In this document: one piece after another, positions 1 through 7,905 of the stretch
How the letters are laid out: each line of letters starts with the position of its first letter
Position numbering within the stretch: the first letter of the stretch is position 1
Notes under the pieces: model-generated
Seen by the model: only the letters and a program-made list of their open reading frames with translations
Told to the model about the DNA's origin: nothing
Database searches by the model: none
Program-made: the position numbers and the translations under genes
Assembly: GCF_000009965.1 (NCBI RefSeq)
Contig: NC_006624.1
Span: 840,001-872,000, forward strand
Length of the DNA stretch: 32,000 bases
Source: Thermococcus kodakarensis KOD1
GTDB lineage: Archaea; Methanobacteriota_B; Thermococci; Thermococcales; Thermococcaceae
Direction of reading: 5' to 3'

Positions 1-106
1 ACCCCAGATAAGACTCATAAAAAATTATAAAATGCAAAGTTTTATGTAGTTTGAAGCCGTAGCTAATCCGTAATAATCCGCATAGGGCGGAAAGGAGGTG
101 TTGGTT

Positions 107-472
107 ATGGAAGAAGCCCCAACTGGAGCACCGCAAAAGAGGACTTCCCTCGGCCTCGATGAGAACATCGAGGGACTGCTCGCATACCTGCTTGGTTTTG
201 TTACGGGAATAATACTCCTGCTCCTTGAGAAGGAAAGCGATTTCGTCCGTTTCCACGCTATGCAGTCAACGATAATCTTTCTCCCGCTGTGGATTGCCAT
301 AAAGATCTTCTCGTACATACCTATCCTGGGCTGGATTATCGCAGATCTCCTAGGTTTAATAGGCCTTGTTGTTTGGATTGTTGGTATGGTCAAGGCCTAC
401 CAGGGAGAGCGCTACAAGTTCCCAATTGCGGGAGATCTGGCAGAACAGTGGCTCGGCAAGGTGAACGTCTGA
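107..472 (+). CDS. Small multi-pass membrane protein, DUF4870-like
   Basis: ORF track 98..472 (GTG). The SD-like AGGAGGTG at 93-100 favours the in-frame ATG at 107. It has three hydrophobic segments. The EKESDFVRFHAMQS stretch resembles the DUF4870 family as I remember it. Confidence 0.6.
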   Translation: MEEAPTGAPQKRTSLGLDENIEGLLAYLLGFVTGIILLLLEKESDFVRFHAMQSTIIFLPLWIAIKIFSYIPILGWIIADLLGLIGLVVWIVGMVKAYQGERYKFPIAGDLAEQWLGKVNV

Positions 473-475
473 AGG

Positions 476-483
476 TTTTTAAT
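476..483 (+). promoter_or_regulatory. TATA-like box (TTTTTAAT) for the 504..3000 operon
   Basis: AT-rich octamer whose centre lies about 25 nt upstream of ATG 504. There is no SD in between, consistent with a leaderless archaeal transcript. Confidence 0.4.
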
Positions 484-503
484 GCCCTTTTCAAACTTTC
501 TTT

Positions 504-1322
504 ATGCTCGCGGAAGTCATCGAGGAAACAAGAAAGTTCGCCGAGAAAAAAGGCCTTTTCGAAAAACGGGTTCTTATGCTGTTCTCTGGGGGAAAGGACA
601 GTTCTCTCGCTCTCTACATTCTAAAAGAAGCGGGCCTCGACGTCTCGGCCTTGACCTTCTTCCATCGCTGGAGCTGGAGGGAAACCCTCAACTGGGCGAT
701 GAGGTTCACCAAAAAGCTCAGCGTCGAGCACTATCTTGTGGACATAACAGAGGGACTTCTCCGCGAGGCCGTTGGCAGGAAAGGGCCAGTCTGCATCAAC
801 TGTAAGAAGGTGATGCTCTGGAACGCCAAGTGGTTCGCCCTCAACAGCGGCTTCGACGTTTTAGCCAAAGGGGACAACGCGAACGACAAGATAATCGGTG
901 CGCTCCTCGACCAGTGCGAAGGGGACATACGGCTCTGCGAGATTCCGAGGATGGGTATCCCCTTCTTCCGCCCCCTGATAAAGTACCCTGCCGAGATCGT
1001 TGAAGAGCTCGCCGAAGAGGCAGGAATAAGACCCTACCGCATGTACGAGCACGCGAGGAGGAGGCAGTGGAGGGAGGGCTGCCCTCTCCAGTACATAGAC
1101 AAGGAGGAAATAGTAACCCCCCAACTCATGGACTTGGCCTACAAGGTGAACTACGAGGTGAGCAAGGTAGCGAGGAGAAAGAGAGTAAGGGTTAGCGTCC
1201 GCGTCCCGAGCTTTGAGATAATGTGCTGGGACTGCGACGAGGAGACGCTGGAAGAGGTTAAGTCGATAATCAGACGCTTTGGAGGGAAAGCCAATGCTCC
1301 CGCCGGGAAAGCTGAGAAATGA
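504..1322 (+). CDS. PP-loop (adenine nucleotide alpha-hydrolase superfamily) ATPase, Cys-rich, function unknown
   Basis: 272-aa ORF with the SGGKDS PP-loop signature near the N-terminus (LMLFSGGKDSSLA). It has seven Cys, including the CINC and CWDC pairs. Confidence 0.8.
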   Translation: MLAEVIEETRKFAEKKGLFEKRVLMLFSGGKDSSLALYILKEAGLDVSALTFFHRWSWRETLNWAMRFTKKLSVEHYLVDITEGLLREAVGRKGPVCINCKKVMLWNAKWFALNSGFDVLAKGDNANDKIIGALLDQCEGDIRLCEIPRMGIPFFRPLIKYPAEIVEELAEEAGIRPYRMYEHARRRQWREGCPLQYIDKEEIVTPQLMDLAYKVNYEVSKVARRKRVRVSVRVPSFEIMCWDCDEETLEEVKSIIRRFGGKANAPAGKAEK

Positions 1323-2289
1323 CATCCTTCGCGAGGTCGTCTTTCCCAACCTCGGAGTGGAGGATAGTAAGGTAGTCTACGGGCCTAGGGAGGGCTTTGA
1401 CTCGGCTGTTCTTGAATACGACGATGAACACTACCTCGTGGTTGCTACAGATCCAACGCTCGGCGTTCCGGAGGAGACATTCGGCTTCTTTACCTACCAC
1501 TTCGCCTCAAGTGACGTGGCGGTTTTCGGGGCGAGGCCGAGGTGGCTCGTCGTTGACCTCCTCTTCCCCGAAGGGACTTCGAGGGAATTCCTTGAGGCAA
1601 CGATGAAAGACCTGAACGCCGAATGCCGCAAGTACGGGTCAGCAATAGTTGGTGGCCACACTGGTGTTTATCCGAGCATCTCAGAGCCAACCGCTACGAC
1701 AACTGCCATGGGCATAGTCAGGAAAGGCGAGCTGAAGCTCCCCCTCGCCAAGCCAGGAGATAAAATAGTCGTGACGGCTAAGGTCGGCCTTGAGTTCGCT
1801 GTTTCAGCGGCCTACTTTAGGGCAGACGAGCTTTCAAAGGTTCTGACCAAAAAAGAGCTCATGAGGCTCAAGCGCTCTTTCTACTTTGAAACGGCTGTTC
1901 CCGACGCACTAGTGGCTAAACCCTTTGTGAGGGGCATGCACGATGCAACAGAGGGCGGTTTAACGGCCCTCCACGAGATAGCGGACAACTCTGGAGTTGG
2001 CTTCAGGGTTTACTCAGATAGACTCCACATTGACCCGCTCGTTAAGAAGGTGCTCGACTTCTACGACCTCAAACCGTGGAGCGTCTCCTCAACAGGGACA
2101 CTGATAGCCATAACGCCCACCGAAAAAGTTAATTCCCTAATTACAGAATTACTTAAAAATGGAATTCTTGCATTCGAGCTGGGGGAGTTCACGGAGGAGA
2201 AGGACAGGGTTCTGGTTGAAGGGGAAGAGGAGAGACCCTTCCCGGAGTTCACAGAGGACCCGTATGTGAGGCTGTATGGAAAGGGCTAA
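1294..2289 (+). CDS. PurM-superfamily (AIR synthase-related / HypE-ThiL-SelD-like) ATP-binding protein, function unknown
   Basis: ORF track 1279..2289 (TTG). GGAGGG at 1281-1286 is followed by ATG 1294 (MLPPGKL...). The N-domain has DSAVL...LVVATDP and the central GGHTG is typical of the PurM fold family. It overlaps the upstream gene by 29 nt. Confidence 0.75.
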   Translation: MLPPGKLRNDILREVVFPNLGVEDSKVVYGPREGFDSAVLEYDDEHYLVVATDPTLGVPEETFGFFTYHFASSDVAVFGARPRWLVVDLLFPEGTSREFLEATMKDLNAECRKYGSAIVGGHTGVYPSISEPTATTTAMGIVRKGELKLPLAKPGDKIVVTAKVGLEFAVSAAYFRADELSKVLTKKELMRLKRSFYFETAVPDALVAKPFVRGMHDATEGGLTALHEIADNSGVGFRVYSDRLHIDPLVKKVLDFYDLKPWSVSSTGTLIAITPTEKVNSLITELLKNGILAFELGEFTEEKDRVLVEGEEERPFPEFTEDPYVRLYGKG

Positions 2290-2629
2290 AAATGATCGCA
2301 TCAAAAGTTCCAATATGCGAGACATCATAAGGAAAGCCATCGTAGAAACTGCAGAGGAGCTTGGAGTCGAAGTCAAAGAAATAATCCTCTTCGGATCAAG
2401 GGCCAGAGGGGATTTCAGGAAAGACTCCGACTGGGATGTGCTGGTAGTAACTAAGGAAAGGATTCCAAGACACGTTGAACTTGAGCTGTATAAGTTGGTT
2501 CATAGGAAACTGCTGTTTAATGGCATAAAGGCTGACATTCTCATAATATCCAAGGATGAGCTTGAGAAAGTAAAGGATAATAAGGCTTACGTCTATTATT
2601 ACGCCCTCAAGGAGGGAATCAAGGTTTGA
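2276..2629 (+). CDS. Minimal nucleotidyltransferase (MNT) domain protein, antitoxin-type partner of HEPN
   Basis: LFGSRARGDFRKDSDWDVLVV matches the GS-x-n-DxD nucleotidyltransferase motif. ATG 2276 overlaps the preceding stop by 14 nt and follows GTGAGG. An alternative in-frame ATG lies at 2315. Confidence 0.85.
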   Translation: MERAKNDRIKSSNMRDIIRKAIVETAEELGVEVKEIILFGSRARGDFRKDSDWDVLVVTKERIPRHVELELYKLVHRKLLFNGIKADILIISKDELEKVKDNKAYVYYYALKEGIKV

Positions 2630-3000
2630 GCTACAAGGAGTGGCTGAAGAAGGCTGAAAAGGATCTGATCCTCTCTCGCCTCAGCTTATCCGAAGGCATC
2701 TATGATTATGCCGCCTTCCACGCCCAACAATGTGCCGAAAAAGCGCTGAAAGCGTTTCTAGTGTGGAGTAGTAAGCCCATTAAGAAAACACATGACATTG
2801 GAGAGTTAATAATACTGTGTTCCCAAATTGACGGGGAGTTTATGGAACTATTCGAACTAGACGTTGATCTTTTAACAGCTTATGCGGTGGAAGCGAGGTA
2901 TCCCACACTACACGAGCCAGATAGAGAAGAAGCCGAAAGGGCAATAGAACTAGCCGAGATTGCCCTCAGCTTCGTAAAATCAAAGATTACTTCACCCTGA
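2626..3000 (+). CDS. HEPN domain protein (predicted RNase toxin of HEPN-MNT module)
   Basis: The TTG start lies inside a TTGA overlap with the MNT stop. The 124-aa helical protein carries an R-x4-H motif (RYPTLH) and sits directly downstream of MNT, the canonical pairing. Confidence 0.8.
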   Translation: MSYKEWLKKAEKDLILSRLSLSEGIYDYAAFHAQQCAEKALKAFLVWSSKPIKKTHDIGELIILCSQIDGEFMELFELDVDLLTAYAVEARYPTLHEPDREEAERAIELAEIALSFVKSKITSP

Positions 3001-4060
3001 ACCTCAACAGTGCCGCAAGTCCGCCGAGGGCCTTCAGCTTCTCTCCACCTTCGTGCTCCGAGCTGACTACAACGACCTCTCCGCGGGAGTACCTCACCGC
3101 GTCCATCAGCTCCTCGACCTTCTCCCTGAGTTCACCCTTAAGGAGCTCGTCAAGGACCAAGAGCGTCTCAACCGCGCCGTAGTTCACAGCCTCCTCGACT
3201 TCCTTAAGGCCGTAGGCAACCAGCCCGTTGTTCCTGGCGATGTTTTCTAGGACTTTCTCAACCAGCTGGACTTCCTTCGCGACGCGGTTTTCCTGATAGA
3301 CCCTGTCAACAACCCCGCGCTTTATGACCTCGTAGATGCCCGTCCTTCCAGTGACGCTGGTATCCTCGATTACAACTTTCTTGGCCAGCTCCGGATACTT
3401 CTCCTTCAGGAACTTGTAGAAGTCCTCCTTGACGAAGCCAGGGCCAGCAACTATTGCCTTCTCGACGTTCTCGCGCTTCATTACCTCTTCCATAGTCTTC
3501 GCAACGTCGTGGAAGAACTTCATCTCCTCGCTCTCCCTGTCCGTGTTGTATCTCTTCCCGCCGAGGTTGTGGCGTATGCTGTTTAGTATCTCAACCCCGT
3601 ACTCCCTGACAAGGGCCATATCCGCCTCGCCATCGTCAATAACCACTATCATCACGCGGGCCCTCTTGGAAGCCGCAACAGCTTCCTTAAGCCTCTCAAT
3701 GTGGTGCTCCTTCCACCGCGGCTTCTGGATGGTCACGACGGTTCCCTGCTCTATCGCTATCGTGTGGTACTTGCCGAGCGGGACGTCTTCCCTGCTGGCG
3801 TAGACTATTGGCCCGGTAACGCGCACCTGATTGGCAAACTTGTGGAAGTTTATCTTTTCCGCTTGGACTCCGAGGAAAACCGGTATGACCTCGACCTTCT
3901 CCGCCCTTAAGGAATCAGCTCTCTGGGCCTGCTTCCTGAGGGTTTTGGCGTAGACGATGTCCCCGGGGTCTATTATGTGGTAAAGGTGCCAGAGGTCGTC
4001 AAGGGTCTCCGCCTTCACTTTCACCTTGCCTTCCTTGGGCTTTTCTTCGAGTATCTGCAT
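2987..4060 (-). CDS. pelA: Pelota (aPelota/Dom34 homologue), ribosome rescue / mRNA surveillance factor
   Basis: ORF track 2987..4075. GGGGTGAT SD then ATG at 4060 (MQILEEKPKEGKVKVKAETLDDLWHLYHII...). Full-length similarity to archaeal Pelota, including the eRF1-like C-terminal domains. Confidence 0.92.
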   Translation of the reverse strand: MQILEEKPKEGKVKVKAETLDDLWHLYHIIDPGDIVYAKTLRKQAQRADSLRAEKVEVIPVFLGVQAEKINFHKFANQVRVTGPIVYASREDVPLGKYHTIAIEQGTVVTIQKPRWKEHHIERLKEAVAASKRARVMIVVIDDGEADMALVREYGVEILNSIRHNLGGKRYNTDRESEEMKFFHDVAKTMEEVMKRENVEKAIVAGPGFVKEDFYKFLKEKYPELAKKVVIEDTSVTGRTGIYEVIKRGVVDRVYQENRVAKEVQLVEKVLENIARNNGLVAYGLKEVEEAVNYGAVETLLVLDELLKGELREKVEELMDAVRYSRGEVVVVSSEHEGGEKLKALGGLAALLRFRVK

Positions 4061-4071
4061 TTTATCACCCC

Positions 4072-4332
4072 TCAAAGGCTGTCGTAGACCCCTTCGCGCT
4101 TTCCTAAACGTACAACGTAAACGATCCTAGCCTCGTCATCCACGGTGTATATTATCCTCCAGTCTCCAACGCGAACACGATAGAAAGGATAGCCTCTAAG
4201 CTTCTTATATTGCATTGCCCAGGGATTCTCCTTCAGTTTAAAAAGAGCGCTAACAATTCGCTTTCTATCTTCAGGAGGAGCTTTTTTTAGTGCTTTTTCA
4301 CTTTTCCCGCTCAGGATTAGTTCATAGCTCAT
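4072..4332 (-). CDS. relE: RelE/StbE-family type II toxin (ribosome-dependent mRNA interferase)
   Basis: 86 aa. The pattern ...YRVRVGDWRIIYTVDDEARIVYVVRLGKR is typical of the RelE/ParE superfamily. It overlaps the upstream small gene by 11 nt. Confidence 0.8.
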   Translation of the reverse strand: MSYELILSGKSEKALKKAPPEDRKRIVSALFKLKENPWAMQYKKLRGYPFYRVRVGDWRIIYTVDDEARIVYVVRLGKREGVYDSL

Positions 4333-4519
4333 TGAGGACGTCCTCCAGTCTCTTGCCGTGCTTCTTTGCGTCTTCGAGCTCTCTGTAAAGTTCCTCTATC
4401 TCCTCCTCATCAAGATCAAAGTAGCCTGTGAAGTTATCGATTTTTGAGTTCAGGATCTTTAGCTCCTCCTTTATCTCCCTCAGTTCGCGAAGGATGAGCT
4501 TTTCAACACCTGCCTCCAT
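4322..4519 (-). CDS. Putative antitoxin of the RelE module (acidic coiled-coil protein)
   Basis: 65-aa acidic helical ORF directly upstream of the RelE-type gene and overlapping it. The call rests on position and size only. Confidence 0.55.
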   Translation of the reverse strand: MEAGVEKLILRELREIKEELKILNSKIDNFTGYFDLDEEEIEELYRELEDAKKHGKRLEDVLNEL

Positions 4520-4598
4520 ATGCTTTCCCCCTATTTATAAAGAGAAAACTCTGGTTAATAAACTTTCGTGAGGAGAAATGAGAGAATAGGTAGAATGC

Positions 4599-5645
4599 TC
4601 AAATAAGCTCCCTCTCCGTCTTCGTGAGCCTCTCGGCGCCGTTCTCCGTGATGACGATGGTGTCTTCTATCCTGACGCCGCCGAACTTCGGGAGGTAGAT
4701 GCCGGGCTCGACTGTTATCACCATCCCCGGCTTGAGAACGGTCTCGTCATTCTGGTTTATCCCCGGCCACTCGTGAATCTCAAGGCCGACGCCGTGACCG
4801 GTCGAGTGGATGAAATAGTCCCCGTAGCCGTATTCAGCTATCACGTCCCTGACGATAGTGTCGAGCTCTTTAGCTGTTATCCCGGGCCTCGCCTCTTCGA
4901 CGCCCTTCTTCTGTGCCTCGAGGACGATCTCATAGATTTCCCTCTGCTTCTCGTTCGGCGAGCCGACTACAACGGTTCTCGTCATGTCGGAATGGTAGTG
5001 GTTGAAGAGCGCTCCCTCGTCAATGACGACGAGCTCTCCCCTCTCAATCCTCTTGTCGCTCGCTACTCCGTGCGGAAGCGCCGAGCGCCACCCGCTTGCT
5101 ATTATCGTGTCGAATGCTGTCTTTTCAGCCCCCTCCATCTTCATAACGTACTCCATCTTGGCCGCGACTTCCCTCTCTCTCACTCCCTCACGCACCTCTT
5201 CTATGGCGACGAGCATGGCCTTGTCCGCTATCTGACAGGCCCGCTTTATGACCTCAATCTCCTCTGGAGTCTTAACCATTCTGAGCTCCTTGATGACGTC
5301 GTCAACGACGGCAAACTCCTCAACGCCAGCCTTTTCCTTAAGGCTCTGGACACTGGAGTAGCTCGTCCTCCCCTCGATGCCCAGTTTCTTGAGGTTGAAG
5401 GCCTTCAGTCTCTCGTAAAGCTCCGCTCCCCTCTTGAAGTACTCAACCGGAACTCTTGAGCTCTCCCTGGCCTCTTCATACTCGAGCTGTGGAACGAGGA
5501 AGAGCTCTTCATCGGCGGTAACCACGAGGTAGCCGCCGAGAACCGGGGCGGAACCGGTGAAGTAGAACAGGTTTGGCTTGTGGGTTATCAGAACACCGTC
5601 CAGCTCCTTCTCCGCTATGAACTCCTTCAGCCTTTCGATCCTCAT
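4599..5645 (-). CDS. pepQ: Xaa-Pro dipeptidase (prolidase), M24 family
   Basis: ORF track 4599..5654. GGTGGTTGAG SD then ATG at 5645 gives 348 aa. The M24 metal-ligand blocks are present (IDEGALFNHYHSDMTRT, HSTGHGVGLEIHE, VEPGIY, RIEDT). Confidence 0.9.
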   Translation of the reverse strand: MRIERLKEFIAEKELDGVLITHKPNLFYFTGSAPVLGGYLVVTADEELFLVPQLEYEEARESSRVPVEYFKRGAELYERLKAFNLKKLGIEGRTSYSSVQSLKEKAGVEEFAVVDDVIKELRMVKTPEEIEVIKRACQIADKAMLVAIEEVREGVREREVAAKMEYVMKMEGAEKTAFDTIIASGWRSALPHGVASDKRIERGELVVIDEGALFNHYHSDMTRTVVVGSPNEKQREIYEIVLEAQKKGVEEARPGITAKELDTIVRDVIAEYGYGDYFIHSTGHGVGLEIHEWPGINQNDETVLKPGMVITVEPGIYLPKFGGVRIEDTIVITENGAERLTKTERELI

Positions 5646-5726
5646 CTCAACCACCGGGGTTAGTCTTCATCGAAGGATAAAACGGTTTCGGAAGGGATAT
5701 AAACTCCGGCGCTTATTACTGGTCAG

Positions 5727-6389
5727 GTGTCGGGAGTGACGGTTTACCTCTTTGACTTCGACGGAACCCTCGTGGACAGCACCGGTGCAGTCGAAAAGGC
5801 CCTTCGAATAGCCATTGAGAAGACGATACCAGCGGTCATAGAGAGCGACCTCTACGATGAGTACTACAAGGCCCTCTTCCTTTTCATAAAGGGCAAGCTG
5901 ACATACCAGCACCTCGGCGTCATCCACGAGCTTGTAGCCCAGGGCACGATACACGAGTACTATCGTCAGATGCCCAAGTACATCAAGGATTTTCCCCACG
6001 CGAGGAGGGTCATCAGAACTCTAAGAAAGCGCGGGAGAACGGTTATCAGCTTCTCCGGCGAGCACACCTACCCAGGAGGTAAGGTGATATTCCTCAAGAG
6101 GACGAAGTGGTACGATGAGTTCGACGAGGTGATAACCTTCAAGAGCACGAAAGACATGCTGACGAAATTCGAGACTCTCAGAGAGCTCTATCCAGACGAG
6201 CCGTTTGTCTGGGTGGACGACAGCCCCAGCAGGTTTACGTACATCCTCGATGAAAACACCCTGTTAGTGCAGAAGGCCTCACCACACAAGAGCGACGTTG
6301 CCCTGCTCTTCGAGAGGCAGAACTTTCTGAAAATAAAGTCCCTCATCGAGGTCTTGGAGATAGACGATGGCCTCTCGGAGTTTCTGTGA
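5727..6389 (+). CDS. HAD-superfamily hydrolase
   Basis: Motif I is LFDFDGTL and motif IV-like is VWVDDS. GTG 5727 comes from the ORF track; GTG 5736 is an alternative start. A TATA-like GATATAAA lies about 30 nt upstream. Confidence 0.7.
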   Translation: MSGVTVYLFDFDGTLVDSTGAVEKALRIAIEKTIPAVIESDLYDEYYKALFLFIKGKLTYQHLGVIHELVAQGTIHEYYRQMPKYIKDFPHARRVIRTLRKRGRTVISFSGEHTYPGGKVIFLKRTKWYDEFDEVITFKSTKDMLTKFETLRELYPDEPFVWVDDSPSRFTYILDENTLLVQKASPHKSDVALLFERQNFLKIKSLIEVLEIDDGLSEFL

Positions 6390-6397
6390 GACTCGAA

Positions 6398-6408
6398 ATT
6401 TTTAAAAA
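6398..6408 (+). promoter_or_regulatory. TATA box (ATTTTTAAAAA) of the L35Ae gene
   Basis: A strong AT-rich box. The predicted TSS near 6429 lies downstream of the ORF-track ATG 6424, which argues for the later GTG start. Confidence 0.45.
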
Positions 6409-6468
6409 CTGCCCGCTCAACCTATGAACGGCACCACACCCTGGCCAGAGGCTGAGGGGGTGGTGGTC

Positions 6469-6729
6469 GTGAGGAAGGCCGTTGTTCTGTCCTACGTCGG
6501 GTCCCACGAGCACAGGGATCCAAACAGGGTGATTCTCAAGCCGCTCGACGTCAACGACAGGGGTAGCGCGGCGAGGCTCATCGGCAGGAAGGTCGTCTGG
6601 AGAACTCCAACCGGAAGGAAGCTCGTCGGAAAGATAGTCCGGACTCACGGCACCCGCGGCGAGGTTAAGGCGGTCTTCAAGCCCGGCCTTCCAGGTCAGG
6701 CCCTCGGAGACTACGTTGAAATCCTCTGA
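6469..6729 (+). CDS. rpl35ae: 50S ribosomal protein L35Ae
   Basis: VVLSY...ILKPLDVN...LIGRKVVW...[11 protein letters not shown]...[14 protein letters not shown] matches archaeal L35Ae. GAGGGGGTG SD at 6454-6462. The start is GTG 6469, or GTG 6460/6463. The ORF-track ATG 6424 would add about 15 non-homologous residues. Confidence 0.88.
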
Positions 6730-6774
6730 CGCAACCCCTTTAAGGCCTCTACCTTTTCTTTATCCGGTGAGAGA

Positions 6775-7905
6775 ATGGAGCTTGTGGCGGTAAAGGAAGG
6801 TCTCGCGAGGATTCTCGTACCGAAGGCCGAGAGGATATACGATGCCCCCGTCTTCTACAATCCCGTAATGTCCCTGAACAGGGACATCAGCGTTCTCGCG
6901 GTTAAAGTTCTCGGGCCGAAGAGGGTTTTGGATGCACTCTCCGCAACGGGGATCAGGGGCATACGCTACGCCCTTGAAACTCCAGCGGAAGAGGTGTGGC
7001 TCAACGACATCAGCGAGGAAGCTTACGGGCTTATGAAGAAGAACGCGAGCCTCAACATCGATGGGGAGCTCTACGAAGAGGGCGACCGCTCGTATCTCTG
7101 GGGGGAAAAGCTCGTCGTTATAAACAAGGGCGACGCCAACAGGCTGATGGCCGAGAACTTCAGGTACTTCGACTTCCTCGACCTTGATCCCTTCGGCTCT
7201 CCGGTCGAGTTCCTTGACACCGCCCTCAGGAGCGTGAGGCGGAACGGCGTTCTGGCGGTAACTGCTACAGACACGGGAGTGCTCTGCGGTGCCTACAGGA
7301 ACGCCTGCCTCAGGAAGTACCTTGCAGAACCTATCCGCGGCCCGCTCTGCCACGAGGCTGGGCTCAGAATACTCATCGGGACAGTGGTTAGGTATGCAGC
7401 CAAGTACGACTTGGGGGTCGAAGTCCTGTTAGCTTATCACCGCGACCACTACTTCAGGGCCTTCCTAAAACTTAAGAGCGGGGCGAAGAAAGCCGACAAA
7501 AGCCTCTCCCAGCTTGGCTTCCTTTGGGCCGACAAAAGTGGAAGGTTTGAGTACAGAAGGGGCTTTTTACCGGACAAACCCGGGGCGAGCGGTCCCCTCT
7601 GGCTCGGCCCGCTGAAGGACGAAAGTTTCGTCGAGGAGCTTCTTGAATCTGCCAGAGACCACCCGCTCGCCCACAAGAAGACGCTGTCATTCCTTCAGCT
7701 CATCTCGGAAGAGCTCGACGTTCCCTTCCACTACGACACGCACACCCTAGCTAGAGCCTGCTCCCTGACCCCACCGAAGCTTGATGTCATAATCCAGCGC
7801 CTTAGAGAACTTGGCCACAGCGCCACGAAGACCCACTTTTCCCCGACCTCTGTGAAAACGGACGCTCCTTTCGGAGTGGTTGCGGAGGTGATGAAGAATG
7901 TCTAG
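6775..7905 (+). CDS. trm1: tRNA (guanine26-N2)-dimethyltransferase Trm1
   Basis: 376 aa. The N-terminal ...[18 protein letters not shown]... and overall length match archaeal Trm1. GGTGAGAG SD precedes ATG 6775. Confidence 0.9.
   Translation: MELVAVKEGLARILVPKAERIYDAPVFYNPVMSLNRDISVLAVKVLGPKRVLDALSATGIRGIRYALETPAEEVWLNDISEEAYGLMKKNASLNIDGELYEEGDRSYLWGEKLVVINKGDANRLMAENFRYFDFLDLDPFGSPVEFLDTALRSVRRNGVLAVTATDTGVLCGAYRNACLRKYLAEPIRGPLCHEAGLRILIGTVVRYAAKYDLGVEVLLAYHRDHYFRAFLKLKSGAKKADKSLSQLGFLWADKSGRFEYRRGFLPDKPGASGPLWLGPLKDESFVEELLESARDHPLAHKKTLSFLQLISEELDVPFHYDTHTLARACSLTPPKLDVIIQRLRELGHSATKTHFSPTSVKTDAPFGVVAEVMKNV

Noticed and set aside
4773-5459. 228-aa plus-strand ORF antisense to the prolidase gene
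   Set aside because: It is a shadow ORF. The prolidase frame carries the full M24 metal-binding motif set, and this frame carries none.
6424-6468. Extended ATG start for L35Ae; similar N-terminal extensions of fba (25389), trm11 (17069), cstA (28445), the TauE gene (15833), the Sm gene (11602) and vapB (9640)
   Set aside because: The extensions run through TATA boxes or SD motifs. They add residues absent from the conserved family N-termini, and better-placed SD+ATG/GTG starts exist downstream.
6760-7353. 197-aa minus-strand ORF antisense to trm1, and similar antisense or alternative-frame ORFs at 861..1349, 289..805, 3429..3910, 10083..10460 and 14221..14570
   Set aside because: All lie within strongly supported genes on the other strand or in another frame. 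They have no SD or TATA context and no motifs.
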